64,000 nt of DNA from an uncultured Parabacteroides sp. Lineage in GTDB: Bacteria > Bacteroidota > Bacteroidia > Bacteroidales > Tannerellaceae. Under the pieces are notes generated by a model. The model saw nothing but the letters and a program-made list of their open reading frames with translations. It had not been told where the DNA came from and did not search any database. This document shows, piece by piece, positions 47,696 to 57,123 of the stretch (its first letter is position 1; the number at the start of each line of letters is the position of its first letter). The position numbers and the translations under genes were made by a program. The DNA lies in contig NZ_CANTZW010000017.1 of the NCBI RefSeq assembly GCF_947855115.1, positions 13,355 through 77,354 on the forward strand, written 5' to 3'.

Positions 47696-47767
47696 TTAAC
47701 AATTGACAGTCGATAGCTGACAAATGGCAGTAAATACGCTATGCGCAACTGTCATTTGTCAACTGTC
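47696..47767. repeat. Heptamer array plus complementary arm forming a hairpin after guaB
   Basis: TTAACAA-TTGACAG-TCGATAG-CTGACAA; GACAAATGGCAG pairs with CTGTCATTTGTC. Confidence 0.55.
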
Positions 47768-47774
47768 TACTAAA

Positions 47775-49268
47775 TTAATTCTGCTCTTTTAGGATCACGT
47801 CGTGAGCGCCCCCTTCAACGATACTCGTAGAGGAGACAAGCGTGATCTTGGCATGCTGCTGCAACTCTTGGATAGAGATGGAACCGCAGCTACACATCGT
47901 AGCGATTATCTTGCCTAAAGTCACGTTTAAATTGTCTTTCAATTTACCGGCATACGGTACATAGCTGTCCACGCCTTCCTCAAATTTTAAGGACTCGTTT
48001 CCGCCCATGTCGTAACGTTGCCAGTTCTTCGCACGGTTAGAGCCTTCGCCCCAATACTCCTTAACAAAGTTGTTCCCGATTTTCATCTTCTTCGTTGGAG
48101 ACTCGTCGAAACGGGCGAAATAACGGCCCATCATCAGGAAGTCGGCACCCATAGCCAAGGCCAATACCATGTGATAATCGTGTACCAAACCGCCATCGCT
48201 ACAGATTGGGATGTAAACACCGTGTCTCTTGAAATACTCGTCACGAGCTTTCGCCACGTCGATCAAGGCGGTAGCCTGTCCGCGACCGATACCTTTCTGT
48301 TCGCGAGTGATACAAATGGAGCCACCGCCGATGCCTACCTTGATGAAATCCGCTCCGGCATCAGCCAAATAATTGAAACCGTCTTGGTCAACCACGTTTC
48401 CGGCGCCTACCAGAACATTGTCTCCATAGGTATCTTTGATCCAACGTAAAGTCTCGTACTGCCATTCGGAATAACCATCGGAAGAATCGATACACAATAC
48501 GTCTACTCCAGCCTCTACCAATGCCGGAACACGTTCTTTATAGTCGCGGGTGTTGATACCGGCGCCTACCAATAATTTTTTATCTCCACCGGATAATTCT
48601 TTCGGATTTTCACGGTGACTGTCGTAATCCTTGCGGAATACGAAATATTGGAGTTTCTGATCCTTGTCAATGATCGGCAATGTATTCAATTTATGATCCC
48701 AGATAATCTGGTTCGCCTCCTTCAAGGTCATACCTAGCTCACCGACGATTAGTTTGGAGAACGGGGTCATGAAATCTTTCACTTTCATGTCAATCGGGTC
48801 TTTACCCTCACGGTAATCGCGGCTGGTTACCATACCTAACAATTTCCCGTTTGGCGTACCATCGTCTGTTACACCGATCGTAGAATGTTCTGTCCGGCGA
48901 ACCAACTCTAGCACGTCGGCCAAGGTATTCTCGGGCATAAGGTTAGAGTCGCTGATAACAAATCCTGCCTTGAACTTCTTTACCTTGCGAACCATATCGG
49001 CTTGGCTGTCGATCGGTTGTGAGCCGAAAATGAAGGAAAGTCCTCCATTGCGAGCTAACTCAATCGCTAGTTTAGGACCGGAAACCGATTGCATGATCGC
49101 AGAAACGAAAGGAATATTTAATTCAATAGCGGATTTCTCGCCAGACTTGAATTTCACAAGCGGCGTTTTCAATGAAACGTTTGCGGGAATACATTCTTTG
49201 GTGGTTAAACCGGGAATAAGTAAATACTCACCAAATGTTCTCGATACATCGTTTAAGTAGATTGCCAT
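47775..49268 (-). CDS. guaB: IMP dehydrogenase with CBS domains
   Basis: [30 protein letters not shown] (catalytic Cys), SDGG, YWGEGS; -7 box TACTTTTG at 49307-49314. Confidence 0.93.
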   Translation of the reverse strand: MAIYLNDVSRTFGEYLLIPGLTTKECIPANVSLKTPLVKFKSGEKSAIELNIPFVSAIMQSVSGPKLAIELARNGGLSFIFGSQPIDSQADMVRKVKKFKAGFVISDSNLMPENTLADVLELVRRTEHSTIGVTDDGTPNGKLLGMVTSRDYREGKDPIDMKVKDFMTPFSKLIVGELGMTLKEANQIIWDHKLNTLPIIDKDQKLQYFVFRKDYDSHRENPKELSGGDKKLLVGAGINTRDYKERVPALVEAGVDVLCIDSSDGYSEWQYETLRWIKDTYGDNVLVGAGNVVDQDGFNYLADAGADFIKVGIGGGSICITREQKGIGRGQATALIDVAKARDEYFKRHGVYIPICSDGGLVHDYHMVLALAMGADFLMMGRYFARFDESPTKKMKIGNNFVKEYWGEGSNRAKNWQRYDMGGNESLKFEEGVDSYVPYAGKLKDNLNVTLGKIIATMCSCGSISIQELQQHAKITLVSSTSIVEGGAHDVILKEQN

Positions 49269-49428
49269 AAGATTTTATATTTACAGGATGAGTTTTTTTA
49301 ATTGCGCAAAAGTAGCGATTTCTCTTCATATATGAATCACTTGTTTATATGAAATATTCGAAATATACGTTCCGCAACTTTTATAGTTGCGGATTTGTTA
49401 TTGATGTAGACTTAAAAAGGAGGGAAAT

Positions 49429-50142
49429 ATGAGAGTTGTAGTTGATAAGGCTCGATCCAGAGGGTATGCGAATCACGGTTGGTTAAAAACACATCATACG
49501 TTTAGCTTTGCTAATTATTATAATCCGGAAAGGGTTCATTTCGGGATGCTACGTGTATTGAATGATGATTCCGTAGCGCCGGGTGAGGGTTTCGATATGC
49601 ATCCACATAAGAATATGGAGGTTATCTCCATCCCGTTAAAGGGATATTTACGTCATGGGGATAGTATAAAGAATAGCGAGGTGATCACGCCGGGAGATAT
49701 TCAGGTGATGAGCGCCGGTACCGGTATCGTACATAGTGAGTTCAATGATAGCAGTAATGAGCAATTGGAGTTCTTGCAGATATGGGTATTTCCCCGTGAG
49801 GAGAATACCAAGCCTCATTATGCTAGTTATGATGTGCGTCCGGTCATTTCGGAGAAGAATAAGTTGGCTTTGATCATCGCCCCGGATGGTAGCGCTCCCG
49901 CATCGATCAACCAGGATGCTTGGTTCTCTTTAGGGAACTTAGATGCCGGTCAAGTAAAAGAATATAAGCTACATGATGAAAATAATGGAGTTTATTTATT
50001 CGTGATTGATGGAGAGGTAGAGGTTAGCAATGCGATTCTGTCTAAGCGTGATGGCGCCGGGTTCTGGGAAACCGCTAGCATTACGATAGAGGTTTTGAAG
50101 CATGCTAAAATTCTTTTGATAGAAGTTCCGATGATGAAATAA
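49429..50142 (+). CDS. Pirin family protein
   Basis: HTFSFANYY, LRVLNDD, HPHKNME, MSAGTGIVHSE, LQIW. Confidence 0.93.
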   Translation: MRVVVDKARSRGYANHGWLKTHHTFSFANYYNPERVHFGMLRVLNDDSVAPGEGFDMHPHKNMEVISIPLKGYLRHGDSIKNSEVITPGDIQVMSAGTGIVHSEFNDSSNEQLEFLQIWVFPREENTKPHYASYDVRPVISEKNKLALIIAPDGSAPASINQDAWFSLGNLDAGQVKEYKLHDENNGVYLFVIDGEVEVSNAILSKRDGAGFWETASITIEVLKHAKILLIEVPMMK

Positions 50143-50157
50143 TGGTAATAGGTTCGT

Positions 50158-50210
50158 ATGAGCGGGTATCTTAAAGTGAATGTGATAAAACGCTAAGGAT
50201 ACCCGCTCAT
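50158..50210. terminator. Bidirectional terminator
   Basis: 13-bp stem ATGAGCGGGTATC/GATACCCGCTCAT followed by TATTTTTT. Confidence 0.75.
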
Positions 50211-50216
50211 TATTTT

Positions 50217-51509
50217 TTAATGTTTTATCGGCTTATCCGTGAAGTAATCAATCATTTTTAAGATCGCACGGCTGCAAGCCGGGCAAAAAGGAGCGTAATC
50301 ACGCATCATACAATGATCCATCGGGCGATAAATACCTTTTGCGATATAGCCACCTCCCTCAAATACTCCGGGTTTGTCCTTATGAACGTTATCTAGCGGA
50401 GTCGGTATTGGTGTATTGGCCGGTAAGAGATCTTTCCATTTAGAGTCGAAGTTTACTAAGGTCGTGATATTCGGCTCCCAAGGTTCGTACTTTAAGTTGT
50501 AAAAATCTTGATAAGCAACCTCAGAACTGAAGTATTCATCGGCGAGACCGGCAAAACTATGTCCAAATTCGTGAACGAACACAACCGGAGTTCGTGGATT
50601 GTCGGCAGTTCCCATTGCATAAAAATTATACATTCCTCCACCACCGTAAGCGTCGGTATTTACCAAGATAAAGATTGCGTCACAAGGAGCGTTCCATACC
50701 GCATCACGTATGGACTTCATATCCGGGGTGGTTAAATAGCGATCTACCCCGAAAGTATAATAACCTGAATTCAATGCGGTATTCTTGAATATACCTTTGC
50801 CGGATATATCTGTTCCGGATTCTTCCGATACTACTTCTACCGCCCATACGTTGAAATCTTCCCGGCGGGTGTCGTAAGGCGGGGTCTTAAACAAAGCTTC
50901 TGTAAAACGCTTGGCATCGGTTACGAATTTCTCTTGCTCATTGGCCGTATAACCTTCCGCAAGGAATACAAGGTCTACTTTCTGAGAGGAATCCCCCTTA
51001 TATTGGATTTTTGTTATCCGGTTTTCTTTAAGTTTCCCCCGGTCAATAAAAATACTGGTTGGATCAACTTCTTGTTTTAATAGGGGGTGGAATTGCATAT
51101 CGGCCTTGTCTCTTGCCATAATCTCGATAATGACAGTTTTTTGGGGGTAAGGGATAGATACGCTGTTTGTCCATGATTGTGTCTCTGTCTTCGCTTGCTC
51201 CGTACTTCTCCATTCTTCGAATAGCGTATTGAATCCTCGTGAGTAGATTAACTCATTGTCGGTTTTATCGTATACATTAATATAATAACCTCCATAGCCA
51301 AACGGGTCGATCAGATTTTTAACTGGTCCGCTCCAGACGGGTTCTTCCCGGAGTTGTTGTATGGCGGCGGCTTGGAAATCCTTGTTTCCGCTCAGTGCGA
51401 AATCAATCCGGAGGCTTTTCTTTGTGAAGTATTTTTCAAAACCTGTTTGTGCCAAACAGGTGAAGCTGAAAAGAATGGCGAATAATAATAAGGTTATTCT
51501 TGTTCTCAT
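50217..51509 (-). CDS. Peptidase M64 (IgA peptidase-like)
   Basis: Signal peptide, VFLAEGYT, YGGGG, HEFGHSFAGLADEY, GIYRPMDHCMM..FCPAC; start placed at MRTRI. Confidence 0.9.
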   Translation of the reverse strand: MRTRITLLLFAILFSFTCLAQTGFEKYFTKKSLRIDFALSGNKDFQAAAIQQLREEPVWSGPVKNLIDPFGYGGYYINVYDKTDNELIYSRGFNTLFEEWRSTEQAKTETQSWTNSVSIPYPQKTVIIEIMARDKADMQFHPLLKQEVDPTSIFIDRGKLKENRITKIQYKGDSSQKVDLVFLAEGYTANEQEKFVTDAKRFTEALFKTPPYDTRREDFNVWAVEVVSEESGTDISGKGIFKNTALNSGYYTFGVDRYLTTPDMKSIRDAVWNAPCDAIFILVNTDAYGGGGMYNFYAMGTADNPRTPVVFVHEFGHSFAGLADEYFSSEVAYQDFYNLKYEPWEPNITTLVNFDSKWKDLLPANTPIPTPLDNVHKDKPGVFEGGGYIAKGIYRPMDHCMMRDYAPFCPACSRAILKMIDYFTDKPIKH

Positions 51510-51618
51510 AAATTTATAATGTTTATCATGTGTCAACTTTATGACACAAATGTATATTATTTTTTAATAGATTTGCCACGATTAGTACATTTTACTCGTT
51601 TATAAATAAATTAGACTT

Positions 51619-52089
51619 ATGTTTAGAGAAATCAGACGAAAAGACCGGGTTTTGGATAATGAGTTGGCGATTCGCTTATTGGAAGAGTCAGAATATGGTT
51701 TCTTGGCTATGTCGGGAACGAATGGGTATGGATATGGGATCCCGATCAATTATGTGAAAGATGGAAATTCTATTTATTTCCATTGTGCTCCGGAAGGGTA
51801 TAAGCTGGAATGTTTGCGAGAGAACCCGAAGGTGAGTTTCACGGTTGTTGGCGCTACGCAAGTCGTACCGGGAAATTTTACGACAGGCTACGAGAGCGCT
51901 ATCGCTTTTGGAGAGATGTGCTTGGATTTATCGGAAGATGAACGTCGGTATGCTTTGCGGTTGCTTGTAAATAAATATTCCCCGGAATTTAAAGAGATTG
52001 GCGAAAAATATATTGAAAAATCTTTTTATCGGACTCATATTTTACGTTTAGACATCGTGCATATAGCGGGGAAGTGCAAACGGTTGTAA
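51619..52089 (+). CDS. Pyridoxamine 5'-phosphate oxidase-like (NimA-related) flavin-binding protein
   Basis: MFREIRRKDR, YGIPINY, IYFHCAPEGYK, YESAIAFG. Confidence 0.85.
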   Translation: MFREIRRKDRVLDNELAIRLLEESEYGFLAMSGTNGYGYGIPINYVKDGNSIYFHCAPEGYKLECLRENPKVSFTVVGATQVVPGNFTTGYESAIAFGEMCLDLSEDERRYALRLLVNKYSPEFKEIGEKYIEKSFYRTHILRLDIVHIAGKCKRL

Positions 52090-52137
52090 ATTGGGGGGGA
52101 AAGAACTTTTTTCGTATACCGGTCCGGATTGTATAAG

Positions 52138-52158
52138 GAAGGGGGCACGCCCCCCTTC
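52138..52158. terminator. Hairpin between convergent genes
   Basis: GAAGGGGG-CACGC-CCCCCTTC followed by TTTG. Confidence 0.65.
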
Positions 52159-52169
52159 TTTGTAATATA

Positions 52170-52802
52170 TCAATGGTGGCTTAAATAATTGGAGACACCT
52201 GCGTTTGTCGCTTTCATCGCATCTTTCCCTTTAGACCAGTTTGCCGGGCAGACCTCGCCATATTCCTCGAAATGCTGTAAAGCATCGACCATACGGAGAG
52301 CTTCGTCTACGTTACGGCCTAATGGTAAGTCGTTGATTACATAATGGCGGATCAAGCCATCTTTGTCTATAAGAAACAATCCCCGGTAAGCTACCGGATT
52401 TCCCTTAGAGATAAGTTCTCCTTTCTCATTCGTAATATAATCAGCGGCTAATACGCCAAAGTTTTCTGCGATGGTTTTGGAAAAATCGGATACGAGCGGA
52501 TAAGTCACCCCGTGGATACCTCCTTTATCTTTGTCTTGGTTTAACCAAGCGAAATGAGAGAATTGAGAATCGACAGAGCAGCCAACCACCGCTACGTTAC
52601 GTTGCTCGAATTCTTGTAGTTTTTGCTGGAACGCATGTAATTCCGTCGGGCAAACAAATGTGAAATCCATCGGATAGAAAAACATGACTACATACTTTTT
52701 CCCTACATATTGTTCCAAAGAGAAATCCTCGATGATCTCATTTCCATTAATTACTGCCGGAGCGTGAAACTCCGGTGCTTTCTTACCTATTAATGCTTTC
52801 AT
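52170..52802 (-). CDS. 2-Cys peroxiredoxin (AhpC/TSA family)
   Basis: FYPMDFTFVCPTE, RGLFLID, GRNVDEALR, EVCPANW. Confidence 0.95.
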   Translation of the reverse strand: MKALIGKKAPEFHAPAVINGNEIIEDFSLEQYVGKKYVVMFFYPMDFTFVCPTELHAFQQKLQEFEQRNVAVVGCSVDSQFSHFAWLNQDKDKGGIHGVTYPLVSDFSKTIAENFGVLAADYITNEKGELISKGNPVAYRGLFLIDKDGLIRHYVINDLPLGRNVDEALRMVDALQHFEEYGEVCPANWSKGKDAMKATNAGVSNYLSHH

Positions 52803-52973
52803 ATTGTATTTAATTTATTTGCTAAGTAACAAGCGCAGGTAGGGATTTGTTGTTGTCTTGGTAAATAGGCTGATTTTCTTGTAAAATAGGCTTAAAGTTT
52901 ATGCTTTAAAATTTCTTTGATTTTCAAAGATTTTATTCCTTTGTAACTTATTGATATTAATAAAGGAAAACAT

Positions 52974-54842
52974 ATGGAGATTGCCGAGGTAAAACAACGT
53001 TTGTTGACAGATTTTTTTACATATTATCCAATGGGAGGTGCTCTGTATGGTAAAGACGGTGTGCTAATTGATATTAATAAGTCTTTACAAGAGAAGTTTC
53101 CTTTTACGAATAAGACTGACTTCTTATTATATAATCTTTTTCAGGCAGATTTGTTGACCGATCTTCAAAAGCGGTATCTACGTGAAGGAAGCGTGGTGTC
53201 GGGCTCTTTGCCTATACCGTATTCCATCATCCCTTCGATGAATGAGGATAAGGAGATTCTTGGATATACCTTATTATTAACGGGTAACCCTTCTACAGAA
53301 CAGGAAACTGCGCATTGTGGCCAAGTATTGGAAGAGTTGACGGATATGTCTCGGAAAATGGTAGAAGCAATTCCCGATACAATTCTTTTAGTAAACAAGC
53401 AACTGGTTGTAGAGCGGATTATCGCATATGCTACAGAGACTTGTATAACATCGGAGTCGATCAATCGGCGTATCGATGACCTTCCGGGTTTTATTTATCC
53501 GGAAGAGACAAAACGCCGTGTGGCGGCGATCGTGCAGAGTTGTTTGAATAAGTCGGAGATTATCAATTTGGATTTATCAATCCCGGGGCATGATATTCCG
53601 ATCATTTATTTTAAATTGCGGTTGGTGCCGGTAAGTGGGCGGTATGTGATTATCTATATCCGGAATGTATCGGACCTAGTTGAGCAGGAGAAAGCGAATG
53701 AAGCGCTAAGTAGCAAGTTGTCCGAAAGCCGGATGATGATGGAACTTGCTTTGCAAAATAGTAAGATTACGACTTATTCTTTTAATTTCAATCGATTTAG
53801 GTCTTGCGATAAAGTACATTGTAATCATTGTTTCCAGTTCTACGGCGCAACTAATAGTTTATTGAAACGTAATCAGTTTATTTGCCAGGCCTTATCTCAG
53901 CTTCGTCATCCGGATGACTCAGGAGACTTCTTCTATCTATTCGATACGATCCGTACCAATAAGTTGGATGAGTATAAGATTGATTTTCGTCTAAAAGGAG
54001 ATGATAATACGTTTCGTATCTATGAGGTGATCGGTAAGACACACGAGAAGGATGAGAATGGCTTCCCTAATTTAATCGTTGGCTGTATGATCGATGATCA
54101 GGAACGGTTGGAGTTTGAGGAAGACCTGATCAGTGCCAAGGAAAAAGCGGAGGAGGCTGATAGACTTAAATCAACATTCTTGGCGAATATGACCCATGAA
54201 GTCCGTACCCCTTTGAATGCTATTGTCGGTTTCTCTGATTTGTTGGGAGTAGAGGAGGATCCGGATTTACGTCAAAATTATATTGGCTTGATCAAGATGA
54301 ATAATGATTTACTTTTAAGTATAGTAAATGATGTCTTAGACATTTCCAGAATCGAGTCTGATATGATGACATTTACTTATATGGATGTTTATTTACCCTC
54401 CTTTATGAAAGATATCTATAATTCCATACGATTACGTAAACCGAAAGGTGTGGAGATTATCCTAGAAGCATCTTCCGATATCATATTTAATATAGATCGG
54501 AATCGATTATGGCAAATTTGTATGAATTTATTGACAAATGCGGTTAAGCATACCAAGAAAGGTAGTATCAGGTTTGGATACACGCTTGAACCTGAAGAGA
54601 AAATGATAAAATTTTATGTATCCGATACAGGCTGTGGCATACCCAAGGATGAATTGGATAATATCTTTGCCCGTTTTGTGCAATTAAGCGATTTTGAGCA
54701 AGGAGTCGGTTTAGGATTGGCTATCTGTAAAGGGCTTGTATTAAAGATGGGTGGTACTATTTCTGTGATCTCCGAGGAAGGATCTGGTTCTACGTTTATT
54801 TTTACTTTACCGATGAGAAGACCCAATAGTTGGAAAAACTAG
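52974..54842 (+). CDS. Soluble orphan sensor histidine kinase with PAS-like N-terminal domains
   Basis: H box ANMTHEVRTPLNAI, N box NLLTNAVKHT, DTGCGI, GLGLAIC; no obvious TM segment or receiver domain. Confidence 0.9.
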   Translation: MEIAEVKQRLLTDFFTYYPMGGALYGKDGVLIDINKSLQEKFPFTNKTDFLLYNLFQADLLTDLQKRYLREGSVVSGSLPIPYSIIPSMNEDKEILGYTLLLTGNPSTEQETAHCGQVLEELTDMSRKMVEAIPDTILLVNKQLVVERIIAYATETCITSESINRRIDDLPGFIYPEETKRRVAAIVQSCLNKSEIINLDLSIPGHDIPIIYFKLRLVPVSGRYVIIYIRNVSDLVEQEKANEALSSKLSESRMMMELALQNSKITTYSFNFNRFRSCDKVHCNHCFQFYGATNSLLKRNQFICQALSQLRHPDDSGDFFYLFDTIRTNKLDEYKIDFRLKGDDNTFRIYEVIGKTHEKDENGFPNLIVGCMIDDQERLEFEEDLISAKEKAEEADRLKSTFLANMTHEVRTPLNAIVGFSDLLGVEEDPDLRQNYIGLIKMNNDLLLSIVNDVLDISRIESDMMTFTYMDVYLPSFMKDIYNSIRLRKPKGVEIILEASSDIIFNIDRNRLWQICMNLLTNAVKHTKKGSIRFGYTLEPEEKMIKFYVSDTGCGIPKDELDNIFARFVQLSDFEQGVGLGLAICKGLVLKMGGTISVISEEGSGSTFIFTLPMRRPNSWKN

Positions 54843-55038
54843 TGAAGGGTTGTCTGTTTTTTCAAGTTTATTGAACAATATGCCTTAAATCTCAGTTATC
54901 TATATAAACGATGATTTAGGTTGTAGCCAATTTTCATAAGAAGCATTTACTTATATATGCTTTTGATTTGTGCTTTGCCATAAGAATTTCTGGACTTATG
55001 GCCTAATCTTTATGTATCATAAATAATCAAGATTTCAT

Positions 55039-56265
55039 ATGACGAAAATAGAAATAAAGAACTTATCTATTCTTTTCGGCTCGGAGAAAATGCGTGCGAA
55101 AAGAATGTTGGTGGAAGGAAAAAGCAAACAAGATATTTTGAAGGAGACGGGCTGTACGGTGGCGGTACGCAATGCGAACCTGAAAATCGAGGAAGGAGAG
55201 CTATTTGTGATAATGGGACTTTCTGGCAGTGGAAAATCAACGTTATTACGTTGTATTAACCGCTTAAATGAGCCTACTTTAGGTGAAATATTTATTAATG
55301 GAAAAAATATAACAACTTCCTCAGATAAAGAATTATTGGATATACGACGTAAGGAAATGGCTATGGTTTTCCAGCATTTTGGGTTGTTGCCCCATCGTAC
55401 GGTGTTGAGTAATATCGCTTTTGGATTGGAGTTGCAGGGTGTTTCTAAAAAAGAGAGAGAACGGAAAGCGGTAGAAAGTGTAGCTCTGGTAGGTTTAAAA
55501 GGATTCGAGAACCAGAGAGTTAGCGAGTTGTCCGGAGGGATGCGGCAGCGTGTCGGGTTAGCTCGTGCGATCGCGAATGATCCAGAGGTTCTTTTGATGG
55601 ATGAGGCTTTCTCGGCCTTGGATCCGTTGATTCGTGTACAAATGCAGGATGAGCTGTTAAAACTGCAAGAAAAAATGCGAAAAACGATCATTTTTATTAC
55701 GCATGACCTTGATGAGGCGATTAAGTTGGGAGATCGTATCGCCATAATGAAAGATGGAGAGATCGTACAGGTTGGTACACCCGAGGAGGTCTTGACTGAT
55801 CCGGCTAATCATTATGTTTCTAGATTTACGGAAAATGTAGATCGCGGACGTATCGTCACAGCCTCATCAATCATGATTACTCAGCCGGTTGTGGCCCGTG
55901 TCCGTAAAGATGGTCCGGAAACTGTGTTGAGGAAGATGAGAGAGAAAAACTTGTATGTCTTGCCGGTCGTGGATGGAAGCTGGCAATTTCTGGGTGAGGT
56001 CCGCTTGAAAGATGTCTTGGCTCTACGAAAATCAGGGAATCATGATCTTTCACCGATTGTGATCAAAGAGGTTCCTTCGGTATTAGAAAATACGACGGTC
56101 GAGGATATGCTTCCTTTGTTGCCGGAAATCCGTCAGGCCTTGCCGGTCGTTAATGAGTCGAATCAATTGGTGGGGTTGGTTTCTACTTCATCAATTATAA
56201 TTGAGATGACTGGGAAAGATAAAGAGGAGATTGATCAAATTGTTCAAAATGCGATAGAATTATGA
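55039..56265 (+). CDS. Glycine betaine/proline ABC transporter ATPase with CBS domains (OpuAA/ProV)
   Basis: GLSGSGKS, LSGGMRQRVGLARA, LMDEAFSALDPLIR, THDLDEA; CBS-like C-terminus. Confidence 0.93.
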   Translation: MTKIEIKNLSILFGSEKMRAKRMLVEGKSKQDILKETGCTVAVRNANLKIEEGELFVIMGLSGSGKSTLLRCINRLNEPTLGEIFINGKNITTSSDKELLDIRRKEMAMVFQHFGLLPHRTVLSNIAFGLELQGVSKKERERKAVESVALVGLKGFENQRVSELSGGMRQRVGLARAIANDPEVLLMDEAFSALDPLIRVQMQDELLKLQEKMRKTIIFITHDLDEAIKLGDRIAIMKDGEIVQVGTPEEVLTDPANHYVSRFTENVDRGRIVTASSIMITQPVVARVRKDGPETVLRKMREKNLYVLPVVDGSWQFLGEVRLKDVLALRKSGNHDLSPIVIKEVPSVLENTTVEDMLPLLPEIRQALPVVNESNQLVGLVSTSSIIIEMTGKDKEEIDQIVQNAIEL

Positions 56266-57086
56266 TAAATATAGGAAAATACATAGAAATTGCCATCAAT
56301 TGGCTGACAGAGCATTTCGCTCGTTTTTTTGATGTGATAAATGATGGAGTCGGAGGGTTTATCGATGCTTTCCAAGATGGGTTGACTTGGATTCCGTTTT
56401 ATGTGATGATTTTGGCTTTGGCTTTATTGGCTTGGTTTAAGGCTGGAAAAGGAGTTGGTGTGTTCACTGCCTTGGGGTTGTTGTTGATTTATGGGATGGG
56501 GTTTTGGGTTGAGACGATGCAGACTTTGACATTGGTACTGTCTTCTACCATTATCGCCTTGATTATCGGAGTTCCGGTAGGGATTTGGACTGCACGTAGT
56601 GATCGGGCAGATAAGATCGTTCATCCGGTCTTGGATTTGATGCAAACGATGCCCGCTTTCGTCTATTTGATACCCGCTGTTTTGTTTTTTGGTTTAGGGC
56701 CGGTACCTGGTGCTTTCGCTACGGTAATCTTCGCCATGCCTCCGGTTGTGCGATTAACCGATTTGGGAATTCGCCAAGTCCCCGCAGATATTGTAGAGGC
56801 TACCCGTTCATTTGGAGCTACTTCCGCTCAATTACTCTATAAGGTACAATTGCCATTGGCTTTGCCGACGATCATGACCGGAGTGAATCAAACGATCATG
56901 CTTTCGCTTTCTATGGTGGTGATAGCGGCCATGATCTCGGCGGGAGGATTAGGCGAGATAGTCTTGCGAGGAATTACCCAGATGAAAATTGGTTTAGGCT
57001 TTGAAGGAGGGATAGCGGTGGTTATTTTGGCTATTGTTTTAGACCGTATTACACAAGGCTGGGCAAGAGGTAAAGTGAATAAATAA
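56262..57086 (+). CDS. Glycine betaine/proline ABC transporter permease (OpuAB/ProW)
   Basis: DLMQTMPAFVYLIP, VQLPLALPTIMTGVNQTIMLSLSMVV. Confidence 0.93.
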   Translation: MINIGKYIEIAINWLTEHFARFFDVINDGVGGFIDAFQDGLTWIPFYVMILALALLAWFKAGKGVGVFTALGLLLIYGMGFWVETMQTLTLVLSSTIIALIIGVPVGIWTARSDRADKIVHPVLDLMQTMPAFVYLIPAVLFFGLGPVPGAFATVIFAMPPVVRLTDLGIRQVPADIVEATRSFGATSAQLLYKVQLPLALPTIMTGVNQTIMLSLSMVVIAAMISAGGLGEIVLRGITQMKIGLGFEGGIAVVILAIVLDRITQGWARGKVNK

Positions 57087-57123
57087 ATAGAGATAGGGAA
57101 CATGAGAAAATAAAGGAATATAT

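Noticed and set aside
47691-47723. N-terminal extension MSAIDCQLLTN of GH36 in the ORF track
   Set aside because: It is the translation of the heptamer array; the signal peptide begins at MKNLV (47690)
51619-52089. nim metronidazole resistance gene
   Set aside because: Only family-level similarity; chromosomal housekeeping context, no upstream IS; resistance cannot be inferred
54843-55038. c-di-AMP (ydaO) riboswitch upstream of the Opu transporter
   Set aside because: Only short AT-rich inverted repeats; I could not find the conserved riboswitch motifs
55035-55745. 236-aa antisense ORF and the many other shadow ORFs in the track
   Set aside because: They lie opposite or inside well-supported genes; this one is the usual antisense frame of an ABC ATPase
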